The notes under the pieces are model-generated. The model worked only from the letters and a program-made list of their open reading frames with translations, was not told where the DNA came from and made no database searches. DNA of 64,000 nt from Chloroflexota bacterium (GTDB lineage Bacteria; Chloroflexota; UBA11872): contig JAPPNP010000014.1 in the NCBI GenBank assembly GCA_028873795.1, positions 7,669-71,668 on the forward strand, in the 5' to 3' direction. The position numbers were made by a program, and so were the translations under genes. Each line of letters begins with the position of its first letter. Position 1 is the first letter of the stretch. Positions 7,889 to 16,942 of this stretch are shown piece by piece.

Positions 7889-9976
7889 TCAAGCCTCTGA
7901 GCAGTGGATGACGGCGACTTCCCACTGGTCGATCTCGAGCTGGAACGCGTTGTCCTCCAATGCAAGATCGGCCTGCGCCAGGAGATCGCGCGCCATGGTC
8001 GTCCGCCAGCGCGGTCGCAGATTCACCTGCGCCGCGGCCCGCTTCAGATTGAACACGAACACCAGCCATCCCCCCTGCTGCGAACGCCGCACCACCGGCA
8101 CCACTCGGTCGCCTTCCAGCGCCACCGGCGCTTTGATGCCAGCCTCGCCCACCGCCCCCAGCACCACATCCCGCTGGCCCACATCACCGAAGCCCGCCGA
8201 CAGGGTCAGCCCATACCACGTGAACCGCCCGTCCGCGGTCTGCACCGCGACGGTGCCCCCATCCAGGGAAGCAATGGCGCGCGTCTCCCCCCGCGGCTCC
8301 AGCACGGCATAGCCGCAGGGGCTCGTGATCGCGTGCCGGCCGTGGGGCGTCTGCACCACGTTGTCTCCCTGCTCGATGTCGTATTCAGTCACTGCCGAAA
8401 AGTCCGCCACCCGCACCCCCAGCCGCTCGGCAAGGCCTTCTGGCGGACCGTAGCTGGACTGCCCGTCGCCCGTGTAGAGGCCAAAGCTGCCCTCCGCCAC
8501 CAGCCGCGTCTCCGGGCACTGCTCGAGGGTGCGCTCGATCCGCTCCCGCACGCCGTCGGTCATCAGCGTCACGTTGGGCAGGAACAGCAACCGGTAGCCC
8601 GTCCAGTCCATGCTCGGGGTCACCACGTCAGCCGGCACGCCGTGCGCCCACAGCGTGCGGTACACGCCCCGCAGGTCGGCCAGGAAGCGGTCGGCCTCGT
8701 CGTTGTACCCGAACAGCTCCTGCGATTCGGGGTGATAGACGATCCCCACCGCGGCGCGCGGACACTCCAACGGCAGGTGCTCGCGCAGGCCGTCGATCTG
8801 CCGGATGGCCCTTGTCGCAGCCGCAAATCGCGGCGTGGGCTCCCCGTCCAATGCCACCAGGTTGTAGCCCGGCGATTCGAAGCTGAGGTACTCCGGCCGG
8901 TACTGCCAGAACATGGCCCCCGAAGCACCGTGCGCCAAGGTCATCCAGAGCAGCATAGTCAGCTCGCGCGGGTCCGATTGCTTCTTCCACGCCACCCCGC
9001 CGCGTGACATGCCGGCGTAGATTTCCTCGTTCCACCAGCGCCCGTCCTTCCCCGCGCTGCGCGACCAATCGAACCCGAACGCTCGCCCCGAAACCTGGTT
9101 CGGGTCTCTGGAGGTCAGCAGGTTGTTCGAGGGCATGGACATGCCCCAACTGTCGGCGATGGCCGCGCAGTCCTCGTCCCAGGGGCGAGGGGACCAACCG
9201 CCGTGGGAGCGGGTCTCATGGTCGGGATCGATCTGCTTGGTCTCGTCGACCATCCATTGCAGGTGGCCGGCCAGGTTTTCGTAGTGGAAGCGCCGGTACA
9301 GCAGCATCTCCACCACGTTCCCATTCGACCGCGGCGGCTCCACGTCCTCCCAGCGGCGGTAGCGGCGCAGCAGGCGCTCGTTGAGCTCGTCCAGCGTGAA
9401 GCGTTCGCGCAGCCAGGCCTCGTACCGCGCGAGGGTGTGCCGGCAGTAGCAGGGATAGCCGCGTGCCGACGCTAGGCCGACACCGTCCCAAAGGCCCCAT
9501 ATCAGCAAGCTGGGCCGCTCCCGGTAACGCGTCACCACGTGGCGAAGCAGCGCGCCCCCGTAGTCGCGCCACGCCGGGTGGTCGTAGCAGTGAATCTGCG
9601 AGCCCTGCGGCGAGGCCGCGCCCGCAGTCGGCGCTACCGGTTCCCCGCTGTTGGTGACGATCCGCATGTCGGGATGCTCGCGGGTCAGCCACTCGGGGCA
9701 GGCCCCGTGCGTAGCCAACGTGATGTCGAGCCAGACCTTGAGTTCGTGCTTCGCCGCCAGATCGAACAGCCGGTCAAAGTCCTCCAGCTCATACTGGCCC
9801 GGTCGCGGCTCCATGTGGTTCCAGTAGGAGAAGCTGCGGACAATGCGGAAACCCGCCGCGCGCAATCGGGCGAAGTCTTCGTCCCAGACGTCAAGCTTGG
9901 GGATCGGCGCGCGGTAGTACTCCACCCCAACCGGAAACGGATCTCCTGGAATGCCAAAGCTGCGGTCTGCAGTCAT
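7889..9976 (-). CDS. GH42-like glycoside hydrolase (beta-galactosidase family), copy 2 (tandem paralogue)
   Basis: 695 aa, collinear with copy 1 over the full length and identical at most positions by eye. Long stretches are also near-identical at nucleotide level, e.g. around 6161-6240 versus 8381-8460. Confidence 0.65.
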   Translation of the reverse strand: MTADRSFGIPGDPFPVGVEYYRAPIPKLDVWDEDFARLRAAGFRIVRSFSYWNHMEPRPGQYELEDFDRLFDLAAKHELKVWLDITLATHGACPEWLTREHPDMRIVTNSGEPVAPTAGAASPQGSQIHCYDHPAWRDYGGALLRHVVTRYRERPSLLIWGLWDGVGLASARGYPCYCRHTLARYEAWLRERFTLDELNERLLRRYRRWEDVEPPRSNGNVVEMLLYRRFHYENLAGHLQWMVDETKQIDPDHETRSHGGWSPRPWDEDCAAIADSWGMSMPSNNLLTSRDPNQVSGRAFGFDWSRSAGKDGRWWNEEIYAGMSRGGVAWKKQSDPRELTMLLWMTLAHGASGAMFWQYRPEYLSFESPGYNLVALDGEPTPRFAAATRAIRQIDGLREHLPLECPRAAVGIVYHPESQELFGYNDEADRFLADLRGVYRTLWAHGVPADVVTPSMDWTGYRLLFLPNVTLMTDGVRERIERTLEQCPETRLVAEGSFGLYTGDGQSSYGPPEGLAERLGVRVADFSAVTEYDIEQGDNVVQTPHGRHAITSPCGYAVLEPRGETRAIASLDGGTVAVQTADGRFTWYGLTLSAGFGDVGQRDVVLGAVGEAGIKAPVALEGDRVVPVVRRSQQGGWLVFVFNLKRAAAQVNLRPRWRTTMARDLLAQADLALEDNAFQLEIDQWEVAVIHCSEA

Positions 9977-10105
9977 CTCTACAAGCTCCGTTCCCGCGCG
10001 TGAGCCGGTCCCATGGTATCCGCCGTGAGCCTGGCAAGATCGAGCATGCTAGATTGCGGCCGCCTCGCGCTCGTGGCGCCGGCCGCGAACCTCTGAGGCC
10101 CTCGC

Positions 10106-10789
10106 ATGGCAGATCGCCGCTCATCGCAACGCGTGCCCCCAACCACCGTGCGGCGGCTGTCCGCCTACTACCGCGCGCTCGGCGCGCTTGTGGAGCGGGG
10201 CGTGCCGCACGTGTCGTCCAAGGCGCTCAGCGACCTCGCCGGGTCAACCGCGCCGCAGGTGCGCCGCGACCTGGCCTACTTCGGCTCGTTTGGCACACGC
10301 GGCGTCGGCTACTCCGTCGACGCGCTGCGGGCGCAACTCGCTCGCATTCTTGGCATCGACCGCTCCTGGCCCCTGGGGCTGGTGGGCGTGGGAAATCTGG
10401 GCCGAGCCCTTCTGGCCTATCGCGGCTTTCGCGGACCCGAGTACAAGATCGCCGCGGCATTCGATACCGATCGAACCAAGATCGGCGCGGTGGTCGAGGG
10501 CGTGCGCGTGTCCGACGTCGCCAGTTTCGCCGAGGAGGCGCGACGGCTGGGCCTGGCGATTGCGCTGGTGGCCGTGCCCGCGGACGCCGCGCAGGGCGTG
10601 GTCGACCAGGTGGTGGCCGCCGACGTCCACGCCATCCTCAACTTCGCGCCGGTGCAGCTGCGCGTCCCGGAAGGCGTCCGACTTTCGAACGTGGACCTCT
10701 CCATGGAGGTGGAGTCCTTGACCCACGCCCTCACCGACGGGGGCGTGGCGCGGGCGGGGCGGGGTGCGTATCATGAGCGCGGCTTGTGA
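10106..10789 (+). CDS. rex: redox-sensing transcriptional repressor Rex
   Basis: N-terminal winged helix (TVRRLSAYYRAL ... VSSKALSD ... QVRRDLAYFG..G.RGVGY) followed by the Rossmann motif GLVGVGNLGRAL. Confidence 0.9.
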   Translation: MADRRSSQRVPPTTVRRLSAYYRALGALVERGVPHVSSKALSDLAGSTAPQVRRDLAYFGSFGTRGVGYSVDALRAQLARILGIDRSWPLGLVGVGNLGRALLAYRGFRGPEYKIAAAFDTDRTKIGAVVEGVRVSDVASFAEEARRLGLAIALVAVPADAAQGVVDQVVAADVHAILNFAPVQLRVPEGVRLSNVDLSMEVESLTHALTDGGVARAGRGAYHERGL

Positions 10790-10801
10790 AGTCCGTCACT
10801 A
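10784..10801. promoter_or_regulatory. candidate Rex operator (TTGTGAA-N4-GTCACTA)
   Basis: TTGTGAAGTCCGTCACTA has a perfect left half and a 5/7 right half against the TTGTGAA-N4-TTCACAA consensus. It overlaps the rex stop codon and lies about 35-50 nt upstream of the nuoA ATG. Confidence 0.3.
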
Positions 10802-10835
10802 ACTGTCAACCGACGAGGGGTAGCAGCGCGTCCTA

Positions 10836-11198
10836 ATGCCGTCCTGGATCGCCGTTGTCATTCTCATCGCGCTCGCGCTCCTCTTCACCATCGGCAGCTT
10901 TGTGGGGACGATCGTTCTCAAGCCGCGCCGCAAGGATCCGACAAAGGGCGAGGCCTACGAGTCGGGCATGCCCCCGATCGGCGATACACGCGGCCGCCAC
11001 AACGTCCGGTTCTACATCGTGGCCATGCTGTTCCTGATCTTCGACGTCGAGCTGGCATTCCTTTACCCGTGGGTCGTGCTTTACAGCAACCTCGACGAAC
11101 AGCTCTTCTTGTTCATTGAAGCGTTGGTGTTCATCGGCATCCTCGGCGTCGGCTACGTCTACGCCTGGCGCAAGGGCGCCCTGGACTGGAAGAACTAG
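10836..11198 (+). CDS. nuoA: NADH-quinone oxidoreductase subunit A
   Basis: 120 aa with three TM helices and the YESGM.P.G....RF.V.FY..A..F..FDVE motif. Confidence 0.9.
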   Translation: MPSWIAVVILIALALLFTIGSFVGTIVLKPRRKDPTKGEAYESGMPPIGDTRGRHNVRFYIVAMLFLIFDVELAFLYPWVVLYSNLDEQLFLFIEALVFIGILGVGYVYAWRKGALDWKN

Positions 11199-11201
11199 CC
11201 C

Positions 11202-11780
11202 GTGATCACCACGGCGCCGGCACCGACCATCGACGCGGCAGGCATTGTCAGCCGCGTGCGCGAACTCGCGGGCGATGCCTTCGAGGGCGGTCGCGTCGTG
11301 CGTGGCGACCCGGTGGTGGAGATTTCGCCCGACGCCATTCCCGAGCTGGCGCAGGCGCTGCGTGACGACGCTGAACTCCGCTTCGAGCAGCTGATCGACG
11401 TGACCGCCGTGCACTGGCCCGCGGACGTTGGACGCGAGTTCGAGCTGGTCTACCAGTACCGCTCCCTCAGCAACAACCTGTTCCTGCGAGTCAAGGCGCG
11501 CGTCCCCGACGGCGGCTCCGTGGCCACGCTGGCCCACACCTACCAATCCGCGCGCTGGCTGGAGCGCGAGGTGCACGATCTCTTCGGCATCGGCTTCGAG
11601 GGCCATCCCGATCCGCGCCGCGTGCTCTTGCCCGAGGGCTACGAGGGCCACCCGCTGCGCAAGGACTACCCGGTCGAAGGCCCCACATTCCCCGAAGACG
11701 CTCACCGAAACAATCTGTTCGGACACCTCGACCCGGATGACTTCTGGGACGACCCGCCGGCGGGAGCAGCGGGCTCATGA
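11202..11780 (+). CDS. nuoC: NADH-quinone oxidoreductase subunit C (30 kDa)
   Basis: GTG start 3 nt after the nuoA stop. Carries the ERE..D.FGI.F.GHPD.RR.L motif. Confidence 0.9.
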   Translation: MITTAPAPTIDAAGIVSRVRELAGDAFEGGRVVRGDPVVEISPDAIPELAQALRDDAELRFEQLIDVTAVHWPADVGREFELVYQYRSLSNNLFLRVKARVPDGGSVATLAHTYQSARWLEREVHDLFGIGFEGHPDPRRVLLPEGYEGHPLRKDYPVEGPTFPEDAHRNNLFGHLDPDDFWDDPPAGAAGS

Positions 11781-13009
11781 GCGTTGAAACCGGCACCGCC
11801 AGCATGTTCGGCGACATCGAGCAGATCAGCGAAAACCAGATGGTGCTCAACATGGGGCCGCAGCATCCAAGCACTCACGGCGTGATGCGGCTGTTGATCG
11901 AAGTCGACGGCGAAACCGTCACCAAGTGCACGCCGGACGTGGGGTATTTGCACCGGGGCGTCGAGAAGCTCATCGAGACCCACGACTACCGCGGCGGCAT
12001 CACGCTGACCGACCGCATGGACTACACCGCCGGCCCGTCGAACAACATGGGCTACCTCATGGCCATCGAGAAGCTGATGGGCATGGAGGACGAAATCCCC
12101 CTGCGGGCCAAGCTGCTTCGCACGGCGGTTGCCGAGCTTTCGCGTCTGGCCTCGCACCACATTTGGATCGGCACGCACGCGCTCGACATCGGCGCCATGT
12201 CGGCCTTCCTGTGGTCGCTGCGCGAGCGCGAGAAGATCCTCTTCCTCTTCGAGCAAGCCTGCGGCGCGCGCCTCACCACGTCGTTCATGCGCGTGGGCGG
12301 CACCGGCCCGCACGATGTGCCCGAGAGCTGGGTCGAGAACGTCGACGCCTTCCTCGACAGCTACACGCTCGACGAGCTGAACAGCCTCCTGACTGGAAAC
12401 GAGATTTTCCAGAGTCGCACCCGCGGCGTGGGCATCATTCCCGCCGAGCAGGCCCTGAGCTACGGACTCACCGGACCTCCCTTGCGGGGATCGGGGGTCG
12501 ACTGGGACCTGCGCAAGGCGCGGCCGTACGCGGCCTACGACATGATCGATTTCGAGATCCCGGTGTTTCCGGAGGGCGACGTCTACGCGCGCTACCTCGT
12601 GAGGCTCAATGAGATGTATCAGGCGACGCGCATCGTGCGGCAATGCATGGAGCACCTGCGCGACCTGCCGCCGGACGCCCCGTCCAACGCGGACCGTCCC
12701 GACCTGGTGCCGCCGGACGTGGGGCGGGTGCCCTTTGACATGGAAGCCATGATCAATCACTTCAAGTTGGTGATGCACGGCGTCCAGCCCCCGGTCGGCG
12801 AGGCCTATTTTGGAATCGAAGGGCCGAAGGGCGAACTGGGCTACTACTTCGTGAGCGATGGGAGCGGCATGCCCTATCGCTGCCACGTGCGCTCGCCGTC
12901 GTTCGTCAATCTCGGCGTCATGGAGGATGCGGCCGTGGGCGGGCTGATTGCCGACACGGTGGCGCTCATCGGCAGCATCGACATCGTGCTGGGCGAGGTG
13001 GACCGGTGA
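11777..13009 (+). CDS. nuoD: NADH-quinone oxidoreductase subunit D (49 kDa)
   Basis: NMGPQHPSTHGV.RL, HRG.EKL.E and C-terminal DIVLGEVDR. It overlaps nuoC by 4 nt. Confidence 0.95.
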   Translation: MSVETGTASMFGDIEQISENQMVLNMGPQHPSTHGVMRLLIEVDGETVTKCTPDVGYLHRGVEKLIETHDYRGGITLTDRMDYTAGPSNNMGYLMAIEKLMGMEDEIPLRAKLLRTAVAELSRLASHHIWIGTHALDIGAMSAFLWSLREREKILFLFEQACGARLTTSFMRVGGTGPHDVPESWVENVDAFLDSYTLDELNSLLTGNEIFQSRTRGVGIIPAEQALSYGLTGPPLRGSGVDWDLRKARPYAAYDMIDFEIPVFPEGDVYARYLVRLNEMYQATRIVRQCMEHLRDLPPDAPSNADRPDLVPPDVGRVPFDMEAMINHFKLVMHGVQPPVGEAYFGIEGPKGELGYYFVSDGSGMPYRCHVRSPSFVNLGVMEDAAVGGLIADTVALIGSIDIVLGEVDR

Positions 13010-15438
13010 GCAACGAACTCATCAGCCTCACGGTCGACGGCGTCGAGGTGCAGGTGCCCGCGGGCTCCACGGTGCTGCAAGCGTGCGAGTCCATCGGCGT
13101 CGAAATCCCAACACTCTGCACCGACCCGCGGCTCGATCCCTACGGCGCTTGCCGCATGTGCGTGGTGGAGATCCAGCCGGGCCCGCCGCGGCCCATGGCC
13201 TCCTGCACCATGCAGGCCGCACCGGGCATGGAAGTGATCACCGACAGCAAATCGATCAAGGAAATCCGCAAGCACGTGATCGAGCTGCAGCTGCAGCACC
13301 ACCCGCTGGACTGCCCCTACTGCGACCAGGCGGGCACCTGCGAGCTGCAGGACGAAACGTTCGCCCAGGAAATCCACCAAAGCCCCTACGAGACCGTCCC
13401 CAAGGCGCACCCCGAGGAAATCCTCAACGAGGTCATCCTCATCAACCACAACCGCTGCATCCTCTGCGGTCGCTGCGTGCGCATCTGCGATGAGCAGATC
13501 GGCGTCTACGCGCTTGACTTCGTGCATCGGGCGATCAGCACGTTCATCGCGCCGGCGCAGCACAAGGAGATGGACTGCGAACGCTGCGGCATGTGCATCG
13601 AAACGTGCCCGGTGGGCGCACTGCTCAGCCGCCCGTTCAAGCACGCGGCGCGAAGCTGGCAGACCGACAAGACCGCGTCCACGTGCCCGCACTGCTCCGT
13701 AGGCTGCTCACTGCTCGTGGAGTCGCGCCATGGCGACGTGGTACGCACGCGCACCAACGGCCTCGAGGAACCGGCCAACGGCATCCTCTGCGCCAAGGGC
13801 TTCTTCGGCCACTCTTATGTCAACAGCGACGATCGACTGACCCAGCCGCTGATCCGGCGCAACGGACGCCTGGAGCCCGCGACGTGGCATGAGGCCATCT
13901 CGCACGTGAGCGGCGCGCTGCGCGGCGTGATCGACCGAGACGGCCCCGGCGCCGTCGGCGCAGTCGGCTCGCCGAACTGCACCAACGAAGACAACTACGC
14001 GCTGCAGCGCTTCACGCGGCAGGTCGTCGGCAGCAACAACATCTACAGCCAGTCGAGTGGCTTTCACGAGACGTTCCACGCCCTCGCGTCCGTTCTGGGC
14101 AGCGGGGCGGTGCTGCGATCGCAGAGTGAACTGCTCGATTCCGACGTGATTTTGGTGGTGGGCGCCGATATTGGGCAGACCCACAACGTCGTGGGCGCGC
14201 ACATCAAGCGCGCCGTGCGGCGCAACGGCCGCCAACTGCTCACGGCCACGCGGCTGGCCGGCACGCTGGATCGATACGCCGCGGCAAGCGTGCGAGTCCG
14301 GCCCGGCGGCGAGGCCGCCCTGCTGGCCGCGCTGGCGGGACGGGACGACATTCCCGAGTCCGTCACCGGCGCCTCCGACGCGGCGCTGCAAACCATGCGA
14401 GACGCTCTCGCGGCGGCCGGATCGGTTGCCGTCGTCTGGGACACCGGGGTTTGGACGCTGGGTCGAACCGAAGAGTTGGCGTCAGCCGCGGCGAGCCTCG
14501 CCCAGGCCTTCCCGGACGTCCGTCTGTTTCCGCTGGCGGAGCGGGCCAACACCGTGGGCACGCTGCTCACGGGCATGGCGCCCGACATGCTCCCCGGCCT
14601 GCGGCCCGTGGCGGTCGCTGAGGCGCTCGCCGAGATCGAGGCTGTGACGGGCGCACCCACGCCGCCGGACTCCGGCACGTCCCTGGCCGAATTCCTGGCG
14701 GCCGATGCCCGGGCGCTCTACGTGATGGGCGAGGACCTGGTCGGCAGCGCCGGCGATCCGTCGGCCATGCGCGAGCAGCTGGCAAATCTGGATCTGCTGA
14801 TCGTGCAAGACATCTTCATGAGTCCCACGGCCGAGGCGGCCGACGTGGTGCTTCCTGGCGCCTCGTTCGCCGAAAAGGGCGGCCACTTCACGAACTTCGA
14901 GGGTCGGCGCGGGCCGCTGGCCCCGGCGATCATCCCGGTCGGCGACGCCCGCCCGGACTGGGAGATAATCGCCCGCCTGGCCGCCGCGCTCGGAAGCGAC
15001 TTTGGCTGGCGGTCACACGAGCCAATCTCCGACGAGCTCGAGCGCCTCTGGCGCATGCCGGAAATCGAGGGCGGGGAGCCAATCGCCGACCTGAACGGCG
15101 CGTTGTCGCAGGCCAACGGTTCCGATGGCTTCACGCTGGCCACCGAGCAGCACCTCTATACGGCCGGCGTGACCGGTCGGCACGCGCCGAGCCTGGCCCT
15201 GATGCTGCCGGATGCCGTCGCCGAGCTGAACCCAGCGGACGCTGAAGAGCTCGGCGTTTCCGACGGCGATCCGATAAGCGTGGCCTCGCACGCCGGCGCC
15301 TTGAACCTCAAGAGCCTGGTCGCCAGCCGCGTACCTCGCGGCGTGGTGAACCTGCCTGACCGATTCCTCGACGCGCCCCCGCGGCGCCTCGACCCCGCGG
15401 GACCGAATGGGACGCCCGTGCAAGTGACGAAGCGCTAG
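13006..15438 (+). CDS. nuoG: NADH-quinone oxidoreductase subunit G (75 kDa; Fe-S plus molybdopterin-oxidoreductase-like domains)
   Basis: N-terminal 2Fe-2S ferredoxin fold (C..DPRL...GACRMC), HPLDCP.CD..G.CELQ, CI.CGRCVR.C, CPHCSVGC, then a large MopB-like domain. Its GTG start overlaps the nuoD stop (GTGA). Confidence 0.9.
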   Translation: MSNELISLTVDGVEVQVPAGSTVLQACESIGVEIPTLCTDPRLDPYGACRMCVVEIQPGPPRPMASCTMQAAPGMEVITDSKSIKEIRKHVIELQLQHHPLDCPYCDQAGTCELQDETFAQEIHQSPYETVPKAHPEEILNEVILINHNRCILCGRCVRICDEQIGVYALDFVHRAISTFIAPAQHKEMDCERCGMCIETCPVGALLSRPFKHAARSWQTDKTASTCPHCSVGCSLLVESRHGDVVRTRTNGLEEPANGILCAKGFFGHSYVNSDDRLTQPLIRRNGRLEPATWHEAISHVSGALRGVIDRDGPGAVGAVGSPNCTNEDNYALQRFTRQVVGSNNIYSQSSGFHETFHALASVLGSGAVLRSQSELLDSDVILVVGADIGQTHNVVGAHIKRAVRRNGRQLLTATRLAGTLDRYAAASVRVRPGGEAALLAALAGRDDIPESVTGASDAALQTMRDALAAAGSVAVVWDTGVWTLGRTEELASAAASLAQAFPDVRLFPLAERANTVGTLLTGMAPDMLPGLRPVAVAEALAEIEAVTGAPTPPDSGTSLAEFLAADARALYVMGEDLVGSAGDPSAMREQLANLDLLIVQDIFMSPTAEAADVVLPGASFAEKGGHFTNFEGRRGPLAPAIIPVGDARPDWEIIARLAAALGSDFGWRSHEPISDELERLWRMPEIEGGEPIADLNGALSQANGSDGFTLATEQHLYTAGVTGRHAPSLALMLPDAVAELNPADAEELGVSDGDPISVASHAGALNLKSLVASRVPRGVVNLPDRFLDAPPRRLDPAGPNGTPVQVTKR

Positions 15439-15441
15439 GCG

Positions 15442-16443
15442 ATGGACGGCTGGGAATGGCTGATCGTCGCCATAAAGTGCGTGGTGATCCTGCTGATCTT
15501 CCTCGGCGCGCCACTGATTCTCGTGCTCGTGGAGCGCTGGACGCTTGGCCGGCTCCAATCGCGCATCGGGCCCAACCGCGTGGGGTGGTCCGGCACGCTG
15601 CAAACAGCGGCCGACGGGCTGAAGCTCGGCATCAAAGAAGACCTGATTCCCCGCGGCGCGGACAAGATCGTGTTCTGGTTCGGGCCGGTATTCCTGGTGG
15701 TTCCGGCATTGGCTGCCTGGGCCATCGTGCCCGTCGGGCCGAAGGTCGGACTCGGCCGAGACATCGGGCTGTGGGCCGTCGACCTGAACGTGGGCATCCT
15801 GTTCTTCCTCGCCATGGGCTCGCTGGGGGTCTACGGCGTGGTGATGTCGGGATGGTCGTCCAACAGCAAATACGCCCACTTCGGCGCCCTTCGCGCCAGC
15901 GCCCAGGTCATCAGCTACGAACTGATCATGGGGCTGGCGGTGCTGGCCGTGATCCTCTACGCCGGGTCGCTGAGCCTCATCGATATCGTCGAGCAGCAAG
16001 CCGGGCTGTGGTTCATCGTCCCGCAGTTCGTGGGCTTCTTGCTCTTCGTGATTGCCGGCGTGGCCGAGACCAATCGCGTGCCGTTCGACTTGCCGGAAGC
16101 CGAAAGCGAGATTGTCGCCGGTTTCCACGTGGAGTACTCGGGCATGAGGTTCGCGATGTTCTTCATCGCCGAGTACGCCAACATCATCCTGATCTCGGCC
16201 ATCATCACCACCCTCTATCTCGGCGGCTGGCTGGGCTGGACCATTCCGGGCATGGAGGGCCTGACCGGTATCGTCTGGTTCGCCCTCAAGACCGTCGCGT
16301 TCATTGCGATGTTTCTGTTGCTGCGAGCCGCCCTGCCGCGGCTGCGCTACGACCAGCTCATGAGCTTCTGCTGGAAGTTCCTCATGCCCATCGGAATCAT
16401 CAACGTGCTGCTGGCCGCCGGACTGCGCATGGCATGGAGTTGA
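15442..16443 (+). CDS. nuoH: NADH-quinone oxidoreductase subunit H
   Basis: ERW.LGRLQSRIGPNRVG, multiple TM helices and ETNR.PFDL.EAESE.VAG...EYSG. Confidence 0.95.
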   Translation: MDGWEWLIVAIKCVVILLIFLGAPLILVLVERWTLGRLQSRIGPNRVGWSGTLQTAADGLKLGIKEDLIPRGADKIVFWFGPVFLVVPALAAWAIVPVGPKVGLGRDIGLWAVDLNVGILFFLAMGSLGVYGVVMSGWSSNSKYAHFGALRASAQVISYELIMGLAVLAVILYAGSLSLIDIVEQQAGLWFIVPQFVGFLLFVIAGVAETNRVPFDLPEAESEIVAGFHVEYSGMRFAMFFIAEYANIILISAIITTLYLGGWLGWTIPGMEGLTGIVWFALKTVAFIAMFLLLRAALPRLRYDQLMSFCWKFLMPIGIINVLLAAGLRMAWS

Positions 16444-16450
16444 GGTCGCG

Positions 16451-16942
16451 ATGCCGCTAGGTTCAGGAGTCCTCAAGGGCTTCGCCACCGTGTTCAAGGT
16501 GGGCAGCCGCAAGCCCGCCACGGTGATGTACCCCGAAAGTGTGCGAGACATCGCCTATCGCTTCCGCGGTCAGGTGGGCATGCGGCGGGACGAGGTCACC
16601 AACGGCCTCACGTGCGTGGGCTGCGGGCTCTGCGAGACGGCATGCCCGAACGACGTGATTCGGGTCGACACCAGCGAGGGCGCCGACGGCACCAGGGTGG
16701 TGGACCGCTACCTGTTCGACGTGGGCCGCTGCGTCTTCTGCTACTTCTGCATCGAGGCCTGTCCGGTCGATGCGCTCCAGCGAACGCACGACTTCCACCT
16801 CGTCACCGAAGACCGCCGCGGGCTCTTGATCGACGGCTTCAAGATGATTGAGATCTACGAGCACGACCTCGAAAACCGACCGCTCCAAGAGCAGAACATC
16901 GGTCCGGGAACACGTCCCCGGCTATGGTTCGGCGATGACTGA
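16451..16942 (+). CDS. nuoI: NADH-quinone oxidoreductase subunit I (2x[4Fe-4S])
   Basis: Two ferredoxin motifs, CVGCGLCETACP and CVFCYFCIEACP. Confidence 0.95.
   Translation: MPLGSGVLKGFATVFKVGSRKPATVMYPESVRDIAYRFRGQVGMRRDEVTNGLTCVGCGLCETACPNDVIRVDTSEGADGTRVVDRYLFDVGRCVFCYFCIEACPVDALQRTHDFHLVTEDRRGLLIDGFKMIEIYEHDLENRPLQEQNIGPGTRPRLWFGDD

Noticed and set aside
10000-10776. 258-aa ORF in an alternative frame over rex
   Set aside because: It overlaps the clear Rex frame and its translation is an Arg/Gly/Ala/Pro low-complexity string. It is a frame artefact.
15013-16551. 512-aa minus-strand ORF opposite nuoH. Similar long antisense ORFs lie opposite nuoA/nuoC (10833..11726), nuoD (11702..12886), nuoL (17720..18745), nuoM (19714..20739), nuoM/nuoN (20755..21783), hyuA (3681..5078), the GH42-like genes (6517..7860, 7904..9007) and fmt/def (45916..47295)
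   Set aside because: Each lies opposite a gene with unambiguous family motifs. Their translations are dominated by Arg, Gly, His, Asp and Pro with no recognisable motifs. Long stop-free antisense frames are expected at this G+C content.
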